Shown here in pieces: positions 1 through 9,219 of a DNA stretch of 64,000 bases; within the stretch, counting starts at the first letter, position 1, and each line of letters starts with the position of its first letter. A program made the position numbers and the translations under genes. The notes under the pieces were generated by a model that did not search any database, was not told the origin of the DNA, and saw only the letters and a program-made list of their open reading frames with translations. The DNA lies in NCBI GenBank assembly GCA_950097015.1, contig CATNEN010000001.1, positions 19,530,001 through 19,594,000 on the forward strand, read 5' to 3'. The stretch is from Macrostomum hystrix. Its lineage: Eukaryota; Animalia; Platyhelminthes.

Positions 1-1
1 T

Positions 2-895
2 TGACTCCTTTGATGCGCCCAAAGACACTGCCGAAAATGCAGAATCTTCACCCGAAACATTGCTATCTTCTTTCCCTACGCTTTCTGGAAAGTCTGCAAT
101 CTTAGCCTGATGTTTCCGCCGATTTCTATTAAACTCTTGTGGTCTTGAACTTGTGCTAGTCGCACCTGTTACTGAGAGGCTGTTCTTATATTTGTAGCAT
201 TGCTTCTTTACGTGACCAGGCTTATTACAGAAAAAGCATACTTTCGGTCTGACACTCTGGTGCTGTTGCTTATTAAATCCAACCAGAGCCTTCGAGTTGC
301 TGCTAGATCCACAGCTTTCCTGCTCAAGTCGTTTTGACTCCTCGTGCAAAAGCCGTTCGTGTACGAATTCCATCGTCAGGTCGTCCGCCCGCGATTCCAG
401 AGCTGTAATCAACCCGTCATAAGACTTCGGCAAACTATTTAGCAAAATTGTGACTTGATAGTCTTCGGGAACACCTGCCCCGATAGCCGACAATCGTTTG
501 ACGATATCCTTGAGCTGATTAATATGCTCCTGCATGGATGCACCTTCCTCCATCTTGAGCGCCTGTAGTTTCCGATTTAGGAATAATTTATTTGCCAATG
601 TACTTCGCTCGAAATGTGTTTTAAGCTTATTCCAGGCTTCCTTTGGAGTTTCTGCATCCTCAATGAGATGAATTTGACTATCTGCAACAGCCAATACGAT
701 AGTTGCTAGGGCTTTATTCGCACGCCGATTGAAATGAACTTTGACCTCGTTGGTCGCGTCCTCAGCAAGTGTCTCGGTACCATTAACAACTTCCCAAAGT
801 TCTCGCTCCATCAGAACGTTCTTCATCTTGAACTTCCAGATATTGTAGTTGGAACTATCCAACTTCTCAACCAGTAGCTTGGCATCGAAGGACAT
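2..895 (-). CDS. gag: Copia gag(-pol) polyprotein, N-terminal part, runs off the window
   Basis: Manual translation of the N-terminal two-thirds shows no stop and copia gag motifs NYNIWKFKM, AWNKLKTHFE, LLNSLPKSY; a zinc knuckle lies further along. Absence from the ORF track is consistent with no in-window stop. Confidence 0.88.
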   Translation of the reverse strand, partial: MSFDAKLLVEKLDSSNYNIWKFKMKNVLMERELWEVVNGTETLAEDATNEVKVHFNRRANKALATIVLAVADSQIHLIEDAETPKEAWNKLKTHFERSTLANKLFLNRKLQALKMEEGASMQEHINQLKDIVKRLSAIGAGVPEDYQVTILLNSLPKSYDGLITALESRADDLTMEFVHERLLHEESKRLEQESCGSSSNSKALVGFNKQQHQSVRPKVCFFCNKPGHVKKQCYKYKNSLSVTGATSTSSRPQEFNRNRRKHQAKIADFPESVGKEDSNVSGEDSAFSAVSLGASKES

Positions 896-1035
896 AGTGT
901 CGATCCACCAACACAGCTGGTTGTTGAGCTGAACTTTCTAAGAGACGGTAGATGAGAACAATCACGCCGACTGACGCACTGCCACTAGAGCAGCTTTAGT
1001 GCTCAAACTGCAGCAGATCGCAGTGGAAGGGCGCA

Positions 1036-1047
1036 GGGCCCATAACC
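1036..1047 (-). promoter_or_regulatory. Copia primer-binding site (half-molecule tRNAiMet type)
   Basis: GGTTATGGGCCC immediately inside the LTR end, the PBS type of Drosophila copia. Confidence 0.85.
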
Positions 1048-1303
1048 TATTAAGAAAGTCTTATTTAAGGATAGTAGACTCAGCGTTTATTTAGAACGGA
1101 TTTAGAGAAAGATAAAGGGGGTGAGACAATTAGGTAGCTCTGGCGTAGCTCAACAGAAGTTACAGGTACAGTTTGGAAATTTAGCAATCTACCATAGATA
1201 TAAAGCTTACTTAGATTCTAGAAAATTCTAGAAGGAAAACTTTAGGATTTACTTACTATTAATAGATGCAGCTATTTTTAAGATAAACGATTACATATTA
1301 ACA
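1048..1303 (-). repeat. Copia 5' LTR (256 bp)
   Basis: Starts TGTTAA at 1303, ends TTAATA next to the PBS, AT-rich, AATAAA at 1091-1086; sharp composition switch to GC-rich gypsy sequence at 1304. Confidence 0.8.
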
Positions 1304-2604
1304 TGGCGCAGGCGCAGGCAGCCGACACGGCTGCACAGGCCGACGCCAGCCTCCAGCTCGAGCCGCTGCAGCTCAGCCCCGGCGTCGCCCTGCTCTGCGA
1401 TATCTCCACCGGCCAGCCGCGCCCGCTGGTGCCGCCGGACTTCCGCCGCGCCGTTTTCGACGCCATCCACGGCCTCGCCCACCCGTCAGTTCGCAGCACG
1501 CGGCGCCTCGTGGCCGCCAAGTTCGTGTGGGCCAGCATGAACAAGGACATCAGCCAGTGGGCCCGGTCCTGCGTCGCCTGCCAGACGGCCAAGGTTCAGC
1601 GGCACGTCGGCGCCCCGGTGGTCGGCATCCGCGTCCCGGACCAGCGCTTCGCCCACGTGCACGTCGACCTGGTGGGGCCGCTGCCGCCTTCGCAGGGTTT
1701 CACGCACCTGCTGACGATCGTGGACCGCTTCACCAGGTGGCCAGAGGCGATCCCGATGGCCGACACCTCCGCTGCATCCTGCGCCTCCGCCTTCATCGCC
1801 CACTGGATCGCCAGGTTCGGCGTGCCAAGCGACATCACCTCGGACCGCGGCCCCCAGTTCACGTCGCAGCTGTGGTCCAACGTCTCCCGGCTCCTCGGCA
1901 TGCAGCTGCACCGGACAACGGCCTTCCAACCGCAGGCGAACGGGCTGGTCGAGCGGTTCCACCGGCAGCTGAAGGCCTCCCTCATGGCGCGCCTGGCGGG
2001 ATCGGCCTGGGTCAGCGAGCTGCCCTGGGTGCTGCTCGGCATCCGGACGGCCCCCAAGGAGGACCTGCCGGCATCATCGGCCGAGCTGGTCTACGGAGCG
2101 CCGCTCTGCGTGCCCGGCGAGTGCCTGCAGCCCAGCCCGGCCGCCGGCGACAACGACCAGTTCCTCGCCCGGCTCCGCGGTGCCGTACAGGCGTTCCGGC
2201 CGACGCCGACGTCTCAGCATGGCAGCCGCCCCACCGCCTGGCCCGCCGCTCTCGACACCTGCCCGTTCGTGTTTGTCCGGCGCAACGGCCACAGACCTCC
2301 GCTGCAGCGGCCCTACGACGGCCCGTTCAAAGTGCTCGAGCGGGACGCCAAGGCCTTCCTGCTGGATCTGGGCACTCGCCGTGACCACGTGACCGTCGAC
2401 AGGCTGAAGCCGGCTGTCATCGACGCCGACGGCCCAATCCCAACGCCGGCGCTGCGACCGAGAGGCCGTCCGCCTCGAGAGCCGCCTGCCGCCGGTCCCG
2501 CGGCCTCAGCTGGCGGCTCTTCGACAGCAGCCAAGCCCGCCGCTGCCCTCCCCAGCCGCCGCCAGCCGCCTCGCCGGTGTCGCCCGACAACTCTCGATGC
2601 ATAG
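1304..2604 (+). mobile_element. Ty3/gypsy pol C-terminus (integrase: H2C2 zinc finger, rve core, GPF domain), interrupted upstream by the copia insertion
   Basis: HGLAHP...CVAC zinc finger; HVDLVGP, SDRGPQF, NGLVERFHR (DDE); PYDGPFKV and VDRLKPA. The ORF-track ATG at 1303 uses the terminal A of the copia LTR. Confidence 0.95.
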
Positions 2605-2613
2605 CTCGGTGCT

Positions 2614-2840
2614 GGGGGGAGCTGTGTGGCGGCCAGACCAGCATGCTGCTGGCGCGGGCAGTGCACCTGCACTCAATCGGCCTGACTCACCCTGCCCGGG
2701 GGGTGGGTGCACCCAGACGGCCGGCGCGCTAAGCCGCAGGGTCTGGCACGGACTATGCGCACCTCCCCATGCCTCTCTGTCGCGCAGTATTTATATGCGA
2801 TTGTGAAAAATAAAAGTTAACCTTCTCTCGCGCCATTTCA
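2614..2840 (+). repeat. Gypsy polypurine tract and 3' LTR
   Basis: GGGGGGAG at 2614-2621, then TGTGGCG... at 2625, AATAAA at about 2809, ending CGCCATTTCA at 2840 where the LOA-like sequence resumes. Confidence 0.65.
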
Positions 2841-3337
2841 TTTTGCGAGTCGAGTTTGCGGAGGGCAGTGGAGGGACAAAGAACAGCAGCGCGAGACTGC
2901 CGACGATCGGCGGTATTGATTCATCTGTCCTTGTGCTTTGAGGCCACCCACTGGTTAATCCGAGTGTTGACGACGGCGGTAAGGGTGGAGACTGCAGGCA
3001 CGGGGCCAAAAAGCGAACCCGTCGAACCGGCCTTGGCGAGGCTGTCGGCGAATTCGTTACCGGGGTGGCCAGAGTGCCCTGGAATCCACCTTAGGGACAC
3101 CTTGTTGTGGAGCTCCAGGGCTCGCCAAAAGGCTTCGAAGAGCACATTGTCGAAGGCACCATCAATGTCGAGGAAAAGCGAGAGAGCGAAACCGGTGCCA
3201 ATCACGGCGCGCTCCAGCTTGTCGACCTGAAGCGGCGCGGTCCGGGGGAAAGCGCTGGCGAGCATGATGTCCAGCGATTCGCCAGGATTCTCAGCAAGCC
3301 GGCCGTCCGGTCTTTTGATCACTGAGAGCTTCGACAT
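2841..3337 (-). mobile_element. Internally deleted LOA/Lian-like non-LTR retrotransposon (pre-RT, RT and RNase H pieces fused)
   Basis: ESLDIMLASAFP (pre-RT), LSLFLDIDGAFDNV (RT), LRWIPGHSGHPGNEFADSLAKAGS..FGPVP (RNase H C-terminus), all within 138 codons. Confidence 0.8.
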
Positions 3338-3339
3338 TT

Positions 3340-3810
3340 TGTCAAGAGTGAGCGCTTTTACAACGCGAGAGGTTGGGCGGGCGCCCGGAGTAGGACCGCG
3401 CTGTGGACGCCGGCATCACCGGATCCCCCTGCGCGACACCGCAGCTTTAGTTGCCTGTGACCGCCAGGGGCTAGCGGAATGGGCGGCAACTAACGATGAA
3501 CTAACTTTCAAAGCCATCCGACGTCAGCATCGCCGAGATATTCAGCGATTCTTGTTGAAGGCCCTGGTGACACCGACGAGAATCGTTGAATATCTCGCCG
3601 ATGCCGAGGTTCTGTAATTCTGAAAGTTGTTTCATCGGATAGAGAGGAAAATTTTAGTCCCATAGAACTAAAGCACCAGACTTGGTCGCTGATAGGTTAC
3701 AGGATGGAGAGTTGTCTAAGCGGCAACCGACTGAAGTAGGCTGAGCACTAAGCTCTCTCAGGATGAGCTAATCTATAAAATCACCTCTTCCTGAGAAACT
3801 TTAACAAACA
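3340..3810 (+). mobile_element. Possible second condensed non-LTR retrotransposon remnant with 3' UTR stem-loop
   Basis: RFYNARG (APE start-like), CDRQGLAEWAATNDELTF (post-YADD RT-like), IVEYLADAEVL* (ORF2 end-like); hairpin TCTCAGGA/TCCTGAGA at about 3756-3796. Confidence 0.4.
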
Positions 3811-4478
3811 AGCTTCCTGAGACCTAGTGCGTCATACATGTAAGTATGGGCGCTCTGTGCTAGAATGCTTAAGAGCAAAGTTCACTTCAAGAGCCAACAA
3901 TATTTGGAGGCATATGCAAACTCTACCCAGTACTTTTACCAGCCAATTTCGAAAAATAATCGCATTATGCTTATGTGCATTTAGCTTTAGTGTCTCTGTG
4001 AGTTTATGCTCTAATATTCAGTTTGATTTACGAGCTGTTGTTTAAAATTATCGAAAATTATGTGGGTCATTAAAAGCAAAGCTCAACGTTTAGCGGCTTT
4101 TTAAATCACTAAAGCGGGAATTTGAATGCATTTAGAGAGGCCTGTTATGGAATTCATGGTGTGACAGGAATATTGTCGAATGAGTCCACTTCAGATCAGT
4201 CTCGTTCTGCACTCTTTTTTTAACGTCTCGTTACGCTCAAGACTAATTTGAGGAGCTCAGCTAATAGCAACTGTGTTGCGTATCAAATTTCAAAGAAACG
4301 TAATCACTATGTACTTAAACTTTTGTCTTTAAAGGGTCATTTGCTGTTTGCTTCTTGTCCGAAAGTTGCTCAACAGTGTCCAAAAGACATGTGATTTATT
4401 TCCAACAGACACAAATCAATTCCATATGGAAATTTCTAGAGCCCTCAATCCGGAACCATAGTACCCAGTTATGCGGTC

Positions 4479-6116
4479 TCAAGCATCCGGACAATAGATC
4501 GACATGGCACGCTGTAGCTCCGTGTCGCTAAGCTGCTTAAGAGCGATTCCAAAGCACTTCATAAATATAGCATCGATGGAGAACCACTTCGCGTCAGTAA
4601 GCCCGAGAATGATTTGTTGATTCCCGAAGCTCCGGTAACTTCGTTGAGTTTCAACACGAGGTGATTTCAATGTTCCGTTAAACCCAAGATTCCAATCATA
4701 AATATTATCCTTCATCGAAATCCTGACGTCACACCAGGACGTTAGACATGGCCTCCTTCCGCGGAAGACTTCACCATTGTGGTAAACAGTCATGTGGATT
4801 CCATCCAGTGGCTCATACTGAACGATTTTAAATTCAGTATCCTGGTAAGAATACTGTAAACCAGCAAAGAGATTAGTATCTGAGTAATAGCTACCGCCTT
4901 TCTCAGACACGTTTACGAAGCCCAATGAAGGGTAGTGGCCTGCAGTTGCACGCAGCTTAAAGTACATTGACCACTCGGACTCCGAAAGAATGGATTCGTT
5001 ATAGGCAGTGGGGGCACCGACGTTATAGACAGCGTAACTTTCATTAAAAATGGCGCCCAAATCAGTCGACCTCTCAATTCCGAACTTGTCCTCAATCACA
5101 TAGGTCCGCCGGTCCACAAGGTTGTCGAGGCTCCTCCTGAAGTCGAACGCTGCGACAAGACCATCCACTGGAGGAGGAGTCACACCTCCGTCCGTGTCGT
5201 TGGACGCCACCGACTTGCACACGAACCTGTGCCTGTTGTAGCACCTGTCAGTGCGCAGTCGACCGGCAGACAGGGTGACGCAGTTCACAGTCCAGTCCGC
5301 ATTGTTCGGATGTCCAGCCTGCCACTGCGGGATCGAGGCCAGCTTGCCAGAGAAGTCCGTCCACTGGTAGCACAGCTCGCGACCCGCACTGTCGGGGAAG
5401 CAGGGGTTCAGCTTGATGAGGCCGAGCCACACCGAGTCGAGCGCTGGCGACTTCTCGCAACCGTCGATTCCGAATGTGAACTCGTTGATGAAGCTCAGCT
5501 CAGAGTGGGTCAGCACCGACACGAGTTGAGACGAGTTTCGCTGGCAGTAGAAATTCGCCTCGTTGAAGTTGGCCTCGAAGCGCGGCATCAAGTAGCAGTG
5601 GTCGTCTTTGAGCGACCAGCCGCTTGGACATCGGCGAGACGATTCATGGTGACTCGAGTTGGTGCTCGCTTTGCACACGAACGGGTGTCTCTCGTGATAG
5701 AGCGAGTTGAGCCACCACTCACCGTCACTCCGAATGAGAGGCTTGTGCACAGTGTCGAGCTGTGAGAAGTTGTGTCTCTCGAAGCTCAAAGCATCGCTTC
5801 CGTCCGTCCACTCGTAGGTTCTCGGGTCCGTGAGTCGGTTGAGGTCCGTGCCGAACTTTCCGATCCAGGCGTCTCTGCAGTGAGACAGTCTTCCGACCAG
5901 TCGGTTCTCCTGCTCAGATCCGACGGAGGCGAGGTGAGCTCCGTGAGACTGACACGTCTGCTCGGCCTCGAACCAGTACTGCGGGCGGCTGAACCACTTG
6001 TAGCACGACTGAGCTCGTTGAGTCCAGTTTTGTTGCGGACACTGAGCAGAGGCAGCGGAGAGCAGCAGAGCTGCAGTGACTGCCAAGAGGCAGGTGGATA
6101 GAAGATTGGACGGCAT
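4479..6116 (-). CDS. Secreted protein with two C-type lectin domains and a C-terminal LamG/concanavalin A-like domain; single exon, 545 aa
   Basis: Signal peptide MPSNLLSTCLLAVTAALLLSAASA; CTLD1 CPQQNW..SCYKWF..WFEAEQTC..LASV..WIG..FVCK; CTLD2 CPSGW..HCY..VWLGL..FVCK; tail begins GLVAAFDF. True ATG is 6116 (the track start 6143 is TTG). Confidence 0.88.
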   Translation of the reverse strand: MPSNLLSTCLLAVTAALLLSAASAQCPQQNWTQRAQSCYKWFSRPQYWFEAEQTCQSHGAHLASVGSEQENRLVGRLSHCRDAWIGKFGTDLNRLTDPRTYEWTDGSDALSFERHNFSQLDTVHKPLIRSDGEWWLNSLYHERHPFVCKASTNSSHHESSRRCPSGWSLKDDHCYLMPRFEANFNEANFYCQRNSSQLVSVLTHSELSFINEFTFGIDGCEKSPALDSVWLGLIKLNPCFPDSAGRELCYQWTDFSGKLASIPQWQAGHPNNADWTVNCVTLSAGRLRTDRCYNRHRFVCKSVASNDTDGGVTPPPVDGLVAAFDFRRSLDNLVDRRTYVIEDKFGIERSTDLGAIFNESYAVYNVGAPTAYNESILSESEWSMYFKLRATAGHYPSLGFVNVSEKGGSYYSDTNLFAGLQYSYQDTEFKIVQYEPLDGIHMTVYHNGEVFRGRRPCLTSWCDVRISMKDNIYDWNLGFNGTLKSPRVETQRSYRSFGNQQIILGLTDAKWFSIDAIFMKCFGIALKQLSDTELQRAMSIYCPDA

Positions 6117-6273
6117 TTGCAGCTGTTCTTGGCTTCTTTTCAAGGCCCTGAATATTTCGGACTGATATAGGGACTTCAGCGGCGCCCGTGGAGTTCCGAC
6201 AGGTTGAGACGTTGGCTTTAGCGCGTGACAATTGCAGAGGCGTTCGAGAGGATATTCTATAACTTATTATCAA

Positions 6274-6347
6274 CAGGGCTACCGCGTGTAAGTGAGTCAG
6301 ATATGTCGATCCACTGCAGGCTTGCGACTACTGTAACGGTAGCCCTG
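6274..6347. mobile_element. Small MITE-like inverted-repeat element upstream of the lectin gene
   Basis: 11-bp perfect TIR CAGGGCTACCG / CGGTAGCCCTG; no TSD visible. Confidence 0.45.
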
Positions 6348-6439
6348 TGCTTAGTTTTTTCTTCCCCAAAAAACTTTGTTTAAGCTCTTAGCTACTGGAA
6401 TTCGTGACTTTGAGAATTTTTGCTCCGTTTTTTGAGTTG

Positions 6440-6605
6440 TGGGGGGCGTCACTACCACACGGGAGCGCCACAGCCACATGGAGGCGCCACTACGAAAGGA
6501 CCCCACTACCAGGGTCGCCACTTCTAGTAATAGGCGCCACATAGTTTCGTCAGCAGATAAGAGGGGCCGCGGCCCTCTTGCCCCCCCACCCAGGCTACGC
6601 CCCGA
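6440..6605. mobile_element. Partial GC-rich hAT-type MITE (one terminus)
   Basis: Terminus CCAGGCTACGCCCCG preceded by a G/C-run hairpin and internal GGCGCCAC repeats, same architecture as the MITE at 18508; other end not found. Confidence 0.4.
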
Positions 6606-6649
6606 TACGTACAGGCTGAATATGGCATATTTTATTGTAATTTTTGGTG

Positions 6650-6800
6650 AGAGCGACATGTCCACTCTGCCTTGAGCCAGTCCTGCGGCCGGCTGAGCAC
6701 GATTGAGCTCGGTGAGTCCAGTTTTGTTGCGGACACTGAGCAGAGGCAGCGGAGAGCATCAGAGCTACAGTGACTGCCAAGAGTTAGGCAGTGAGAGAAA
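6650..6800 (-). pseudogene. Frameshifted duplicate of the 5' end of the lectin gene
   Basis: Aligns with about 5950-6095 (TGAGTCCAGTTTTGTTGCGGACACTGAGCAGAGGCAGCGGAGAGCA identical) with a 10-nt deletion and no start codon. Confidence 0.85.
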
Positions 6801-7207
6801 TCAAGTGCATGTTCGGTTTTGTTATTTTTATGGAATCCCAACGTGTGTAGATTTGGTTTCTCGGACGTTCTCGGACGTTCTGACTCAGGGGCTAGCAGAT
6901 CTTAAAGGCATTCTGTTCTTCTGCATGGCGAGCTCGAAGACTTCAAAAAGTCTTGCGTATCTTTTCGCGGTTTAACCGACACTGCCTTGTGGTAGTTATA
7001 TATCGCAACTTCCTTTCCTTTATTTATTTTTGTTTTTGAACTTCGGGTGGCTCAGAAGGTGGCTCAAATGCAACAGACAATTTTCGTAGACCCACCAGCT
7101 CTGCATGCACGCTATGAGATTAGCAAACTCGGTTAAATTTAGAGTATTAAATTGTGATGCAACTGTTTCTAATAGTCTAAATATAGAATTCGATACTTGG
7201 TTTTGAG

Positions 7208-7264
7208 CACAGATTCTATATTACCTGAGCACATTATCTGAGCACAGATAATATAGAATCTGTG
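7208..7264. mobile_element. 57-bp MITE, P-superfamily-like
   Basis: Perfect 16-bp TIR CACAGATTCTATATTA; 8-bp TSD GTTTTGAG at 7200-7207 and 7265-7272. Confidence 0.85.
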
Positions 7265-7340
7265 GTTTTGAGTGCTTAAATGTCTTGGCACGAGTGCGCG
7301 AAGTTTCATAAACATTTTCAATTTTCAATTCCTGAGTCTC

Positions 7341-7798
7341 GACCATAGATTATGCATTAAAAGCGTGCATTTAATCCCCAGCTTGGCCCGGCCTATTGGC
7401 TATTAAGTATATGATAGTGGCTGCTTAATTGGCATTCTGTGGTTAGAAAGTCTGAGGCTGCGTTTAATGGTCCGAGGCGAGCGAAGCGAGTCGAGGACTA
7501 TTGAGCGTGGCCGAGGACTTTTTAACCATAGACTGCAATTTGAGCAGCCACTATTTTATATGAAATTCGATTTGGTTTGGCGCCCATTATATGGTTTAAT
7601 GGGCCCCGTTTTCGGGACCAATATATGGCATACTGGTTTAATGACTTCGCATTTCCAACCATAGACGATAGATTCGTGGCTCAGAATGCGCCCATTAAAC
7701 GTCCATTAACGACGAAATCGGATTTTATTTCTATGTATTTATTATTTAAGTGGCAGTCATTTAACGGCCTAGGTCGATAAAACATGTAGTCTATGGTC
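7341..7798. mobile_element. Non-autonomous DNA element with imperfect TIRs and an internal 140-bp palindrome
   Basis: Ends GACCATAGATTATGCATT / AACATGTAGTCTATGGTC; internal inverted arms of about 60 bp at 7414-7554 around GCGAAGC. Confidence 0.55.
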
Positions 7799-7919
7799 AC
7801 AGTTGCTGCAAAAAGTTTTAGTAGTGCGATCTCGTGAGCGGGGCCAAGCTTTACAATTAAATACTATAATACGCCTGAAATCGTTGTCTATGGCCTAGTG
7901 ACGTCTTCAGCCGTCGCTG

Positions 7920-8710
7920 CATTCACTGTAGCTGACACAGTGTGGAGCTTGAGCACCTCAAGCCCGATGGAGCACCTGGGCTGGAAAATATTCCCAATCG
8001 AGTGCTCAAACTCGGCCTTGAAGGTGTGGCGATCACTAGGATCACCAGACTCTTTAACGCCTGCTTCAGTCAAGGGATCTTCCCCAGCGCTTGGAAGAAA
8101 GCTGTGGTGACAATCATCCCGAAGCCTGAAAAACCGCCAGACAATCTAAACTCGTGCAGGCCAATCAGCCTGACCTCTTGCTTAGGCAAGGTGTTTGAGA
8201 AGCTGATTGCCAAGAGACTCTCCAAATTCCTTGAGGACAAGAACATTCTTGTCGATGACTTGTCGATGTCGCTTATCGCAAAGTCCACTCCACTTAGGAC
8301 AACCTGTGCCGACTGGTGCAGGACGTGATGGTCGCAAAGTGCAAGGCAAAGAGGGCCGACGAAGTCTTCCTTGACGTAGAGGCGGCCTTTGACTCTGCCT
8401 GGCACGACATACTAGCTTAGGAGCCGCATGCTCAACGCTGGCTTGCCTTGAATGCTGCAGGGCATCCTGTCCGACTACCTCAGGAACAGGTATCTCCAGG
8501 TGCGAGTCAACAACTCGCTCATTTATCAGAATCCTAGCTGGCGTACCTCAGGGAGGCATCTTGAGTCCTCTCCTGTACCTGCTGTACGTCAGCACAATGT
8601 CGATTCCTGAAAATCCAAACGTGAAACGCAGTCAGTTTGCTGACGACATGGCCATCTGGGCCTCCGCAGACACCTTTGCTGGTCTGCGGACATGCCTTCA
8701 GAGCTACTTA
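7920..8710 (+). mobile_element. Degenerate non-LTR retrotransposon RT fragment (Jockey/I-group-like)
   Basis: APGLENIPNRVLK, FPSAWKKAVVTIIPKP, RPISLTSCLGKVFEK, FLDVEAAFD, GVPQGGILSPLLY, QFADD, spread over frameshifts and stops. Confidence 0.9.
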
Positions 8711-8882
8711 AAAAATTAATTTTTTTTAATTTAAATGTGCTGCAATGCCTAGAAATGTTTTTAAATTCGCATTTAATGTTTCAATTTACTTTTTTTCTAT
8801 ATTTCTTTTACAAATATTCTAATCGCTTTTAATTGCGCTCAGAGTTCTTCGGAACTTTGGGAATTCGTTTTGAACAACAACT

Positions 8883-9219
8883 CGGGCAATGGCACATCAT
8901 TAAGTGACACTAGACCCGCAGCCAGCGAGGTGGCAATTCTGCCCAGTTCGCTGACTCCTGAGCACACACGCACACAGATACTGTACGCAGGCATACGCTC
9001 ACACAGGTGTGTACATCTGCCATGACTTTCTCATCGTCAGGCAGTGTACACTCTCACTGTGCCTTGGAGGTTGGCCCTCAAGGGCGTAAATTGCACGACA
9101 AGCCACCAAGCCTTCTCTCCGAGGCTGCGCCCGAAATAATTGTGGCCTCGCCGTGGAATCGAACTTAGGGACCTTTGTGTGAGAGGCAAACGCGATAACC
9201 GCTCTGCCACCGGCCCCCC
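8883..9219 (-). mobile_element. tRNA-derived SINE, near full length
   Basis: A box TGGCAGAGCGG, B box GTTCGATTC; colinear with the TSD-flanked copy at 57884-58246. Confidence 0.88.

Larger units (their letters stand above)
1..1303 (-). mobile_element. Ty1/copia LTR retrotransposon, 5' part (5' LTR, PBS, gag); continues past the left edge
   Basis: Minus-strand ORF from ATG 895 (MSFDAKLLVEKLDSSNYNIWKFKMKNVLMERELWEVV..., copia gag type) with CCHC knuckle CFFCNKPGHVKKQC at about 198-240. PBS GGTTATGGGCCC at 1036-1047. LTR TGTTAA...TTAATA at 1303-1048. Confidence 0.92.

Noticed and set aside
1303-2604. Stand-alone domesticated integrase gene
   Set aside because: The ATG lies at the copia LTR junction and a PPT and LTR follow; it is an interrupted pol.
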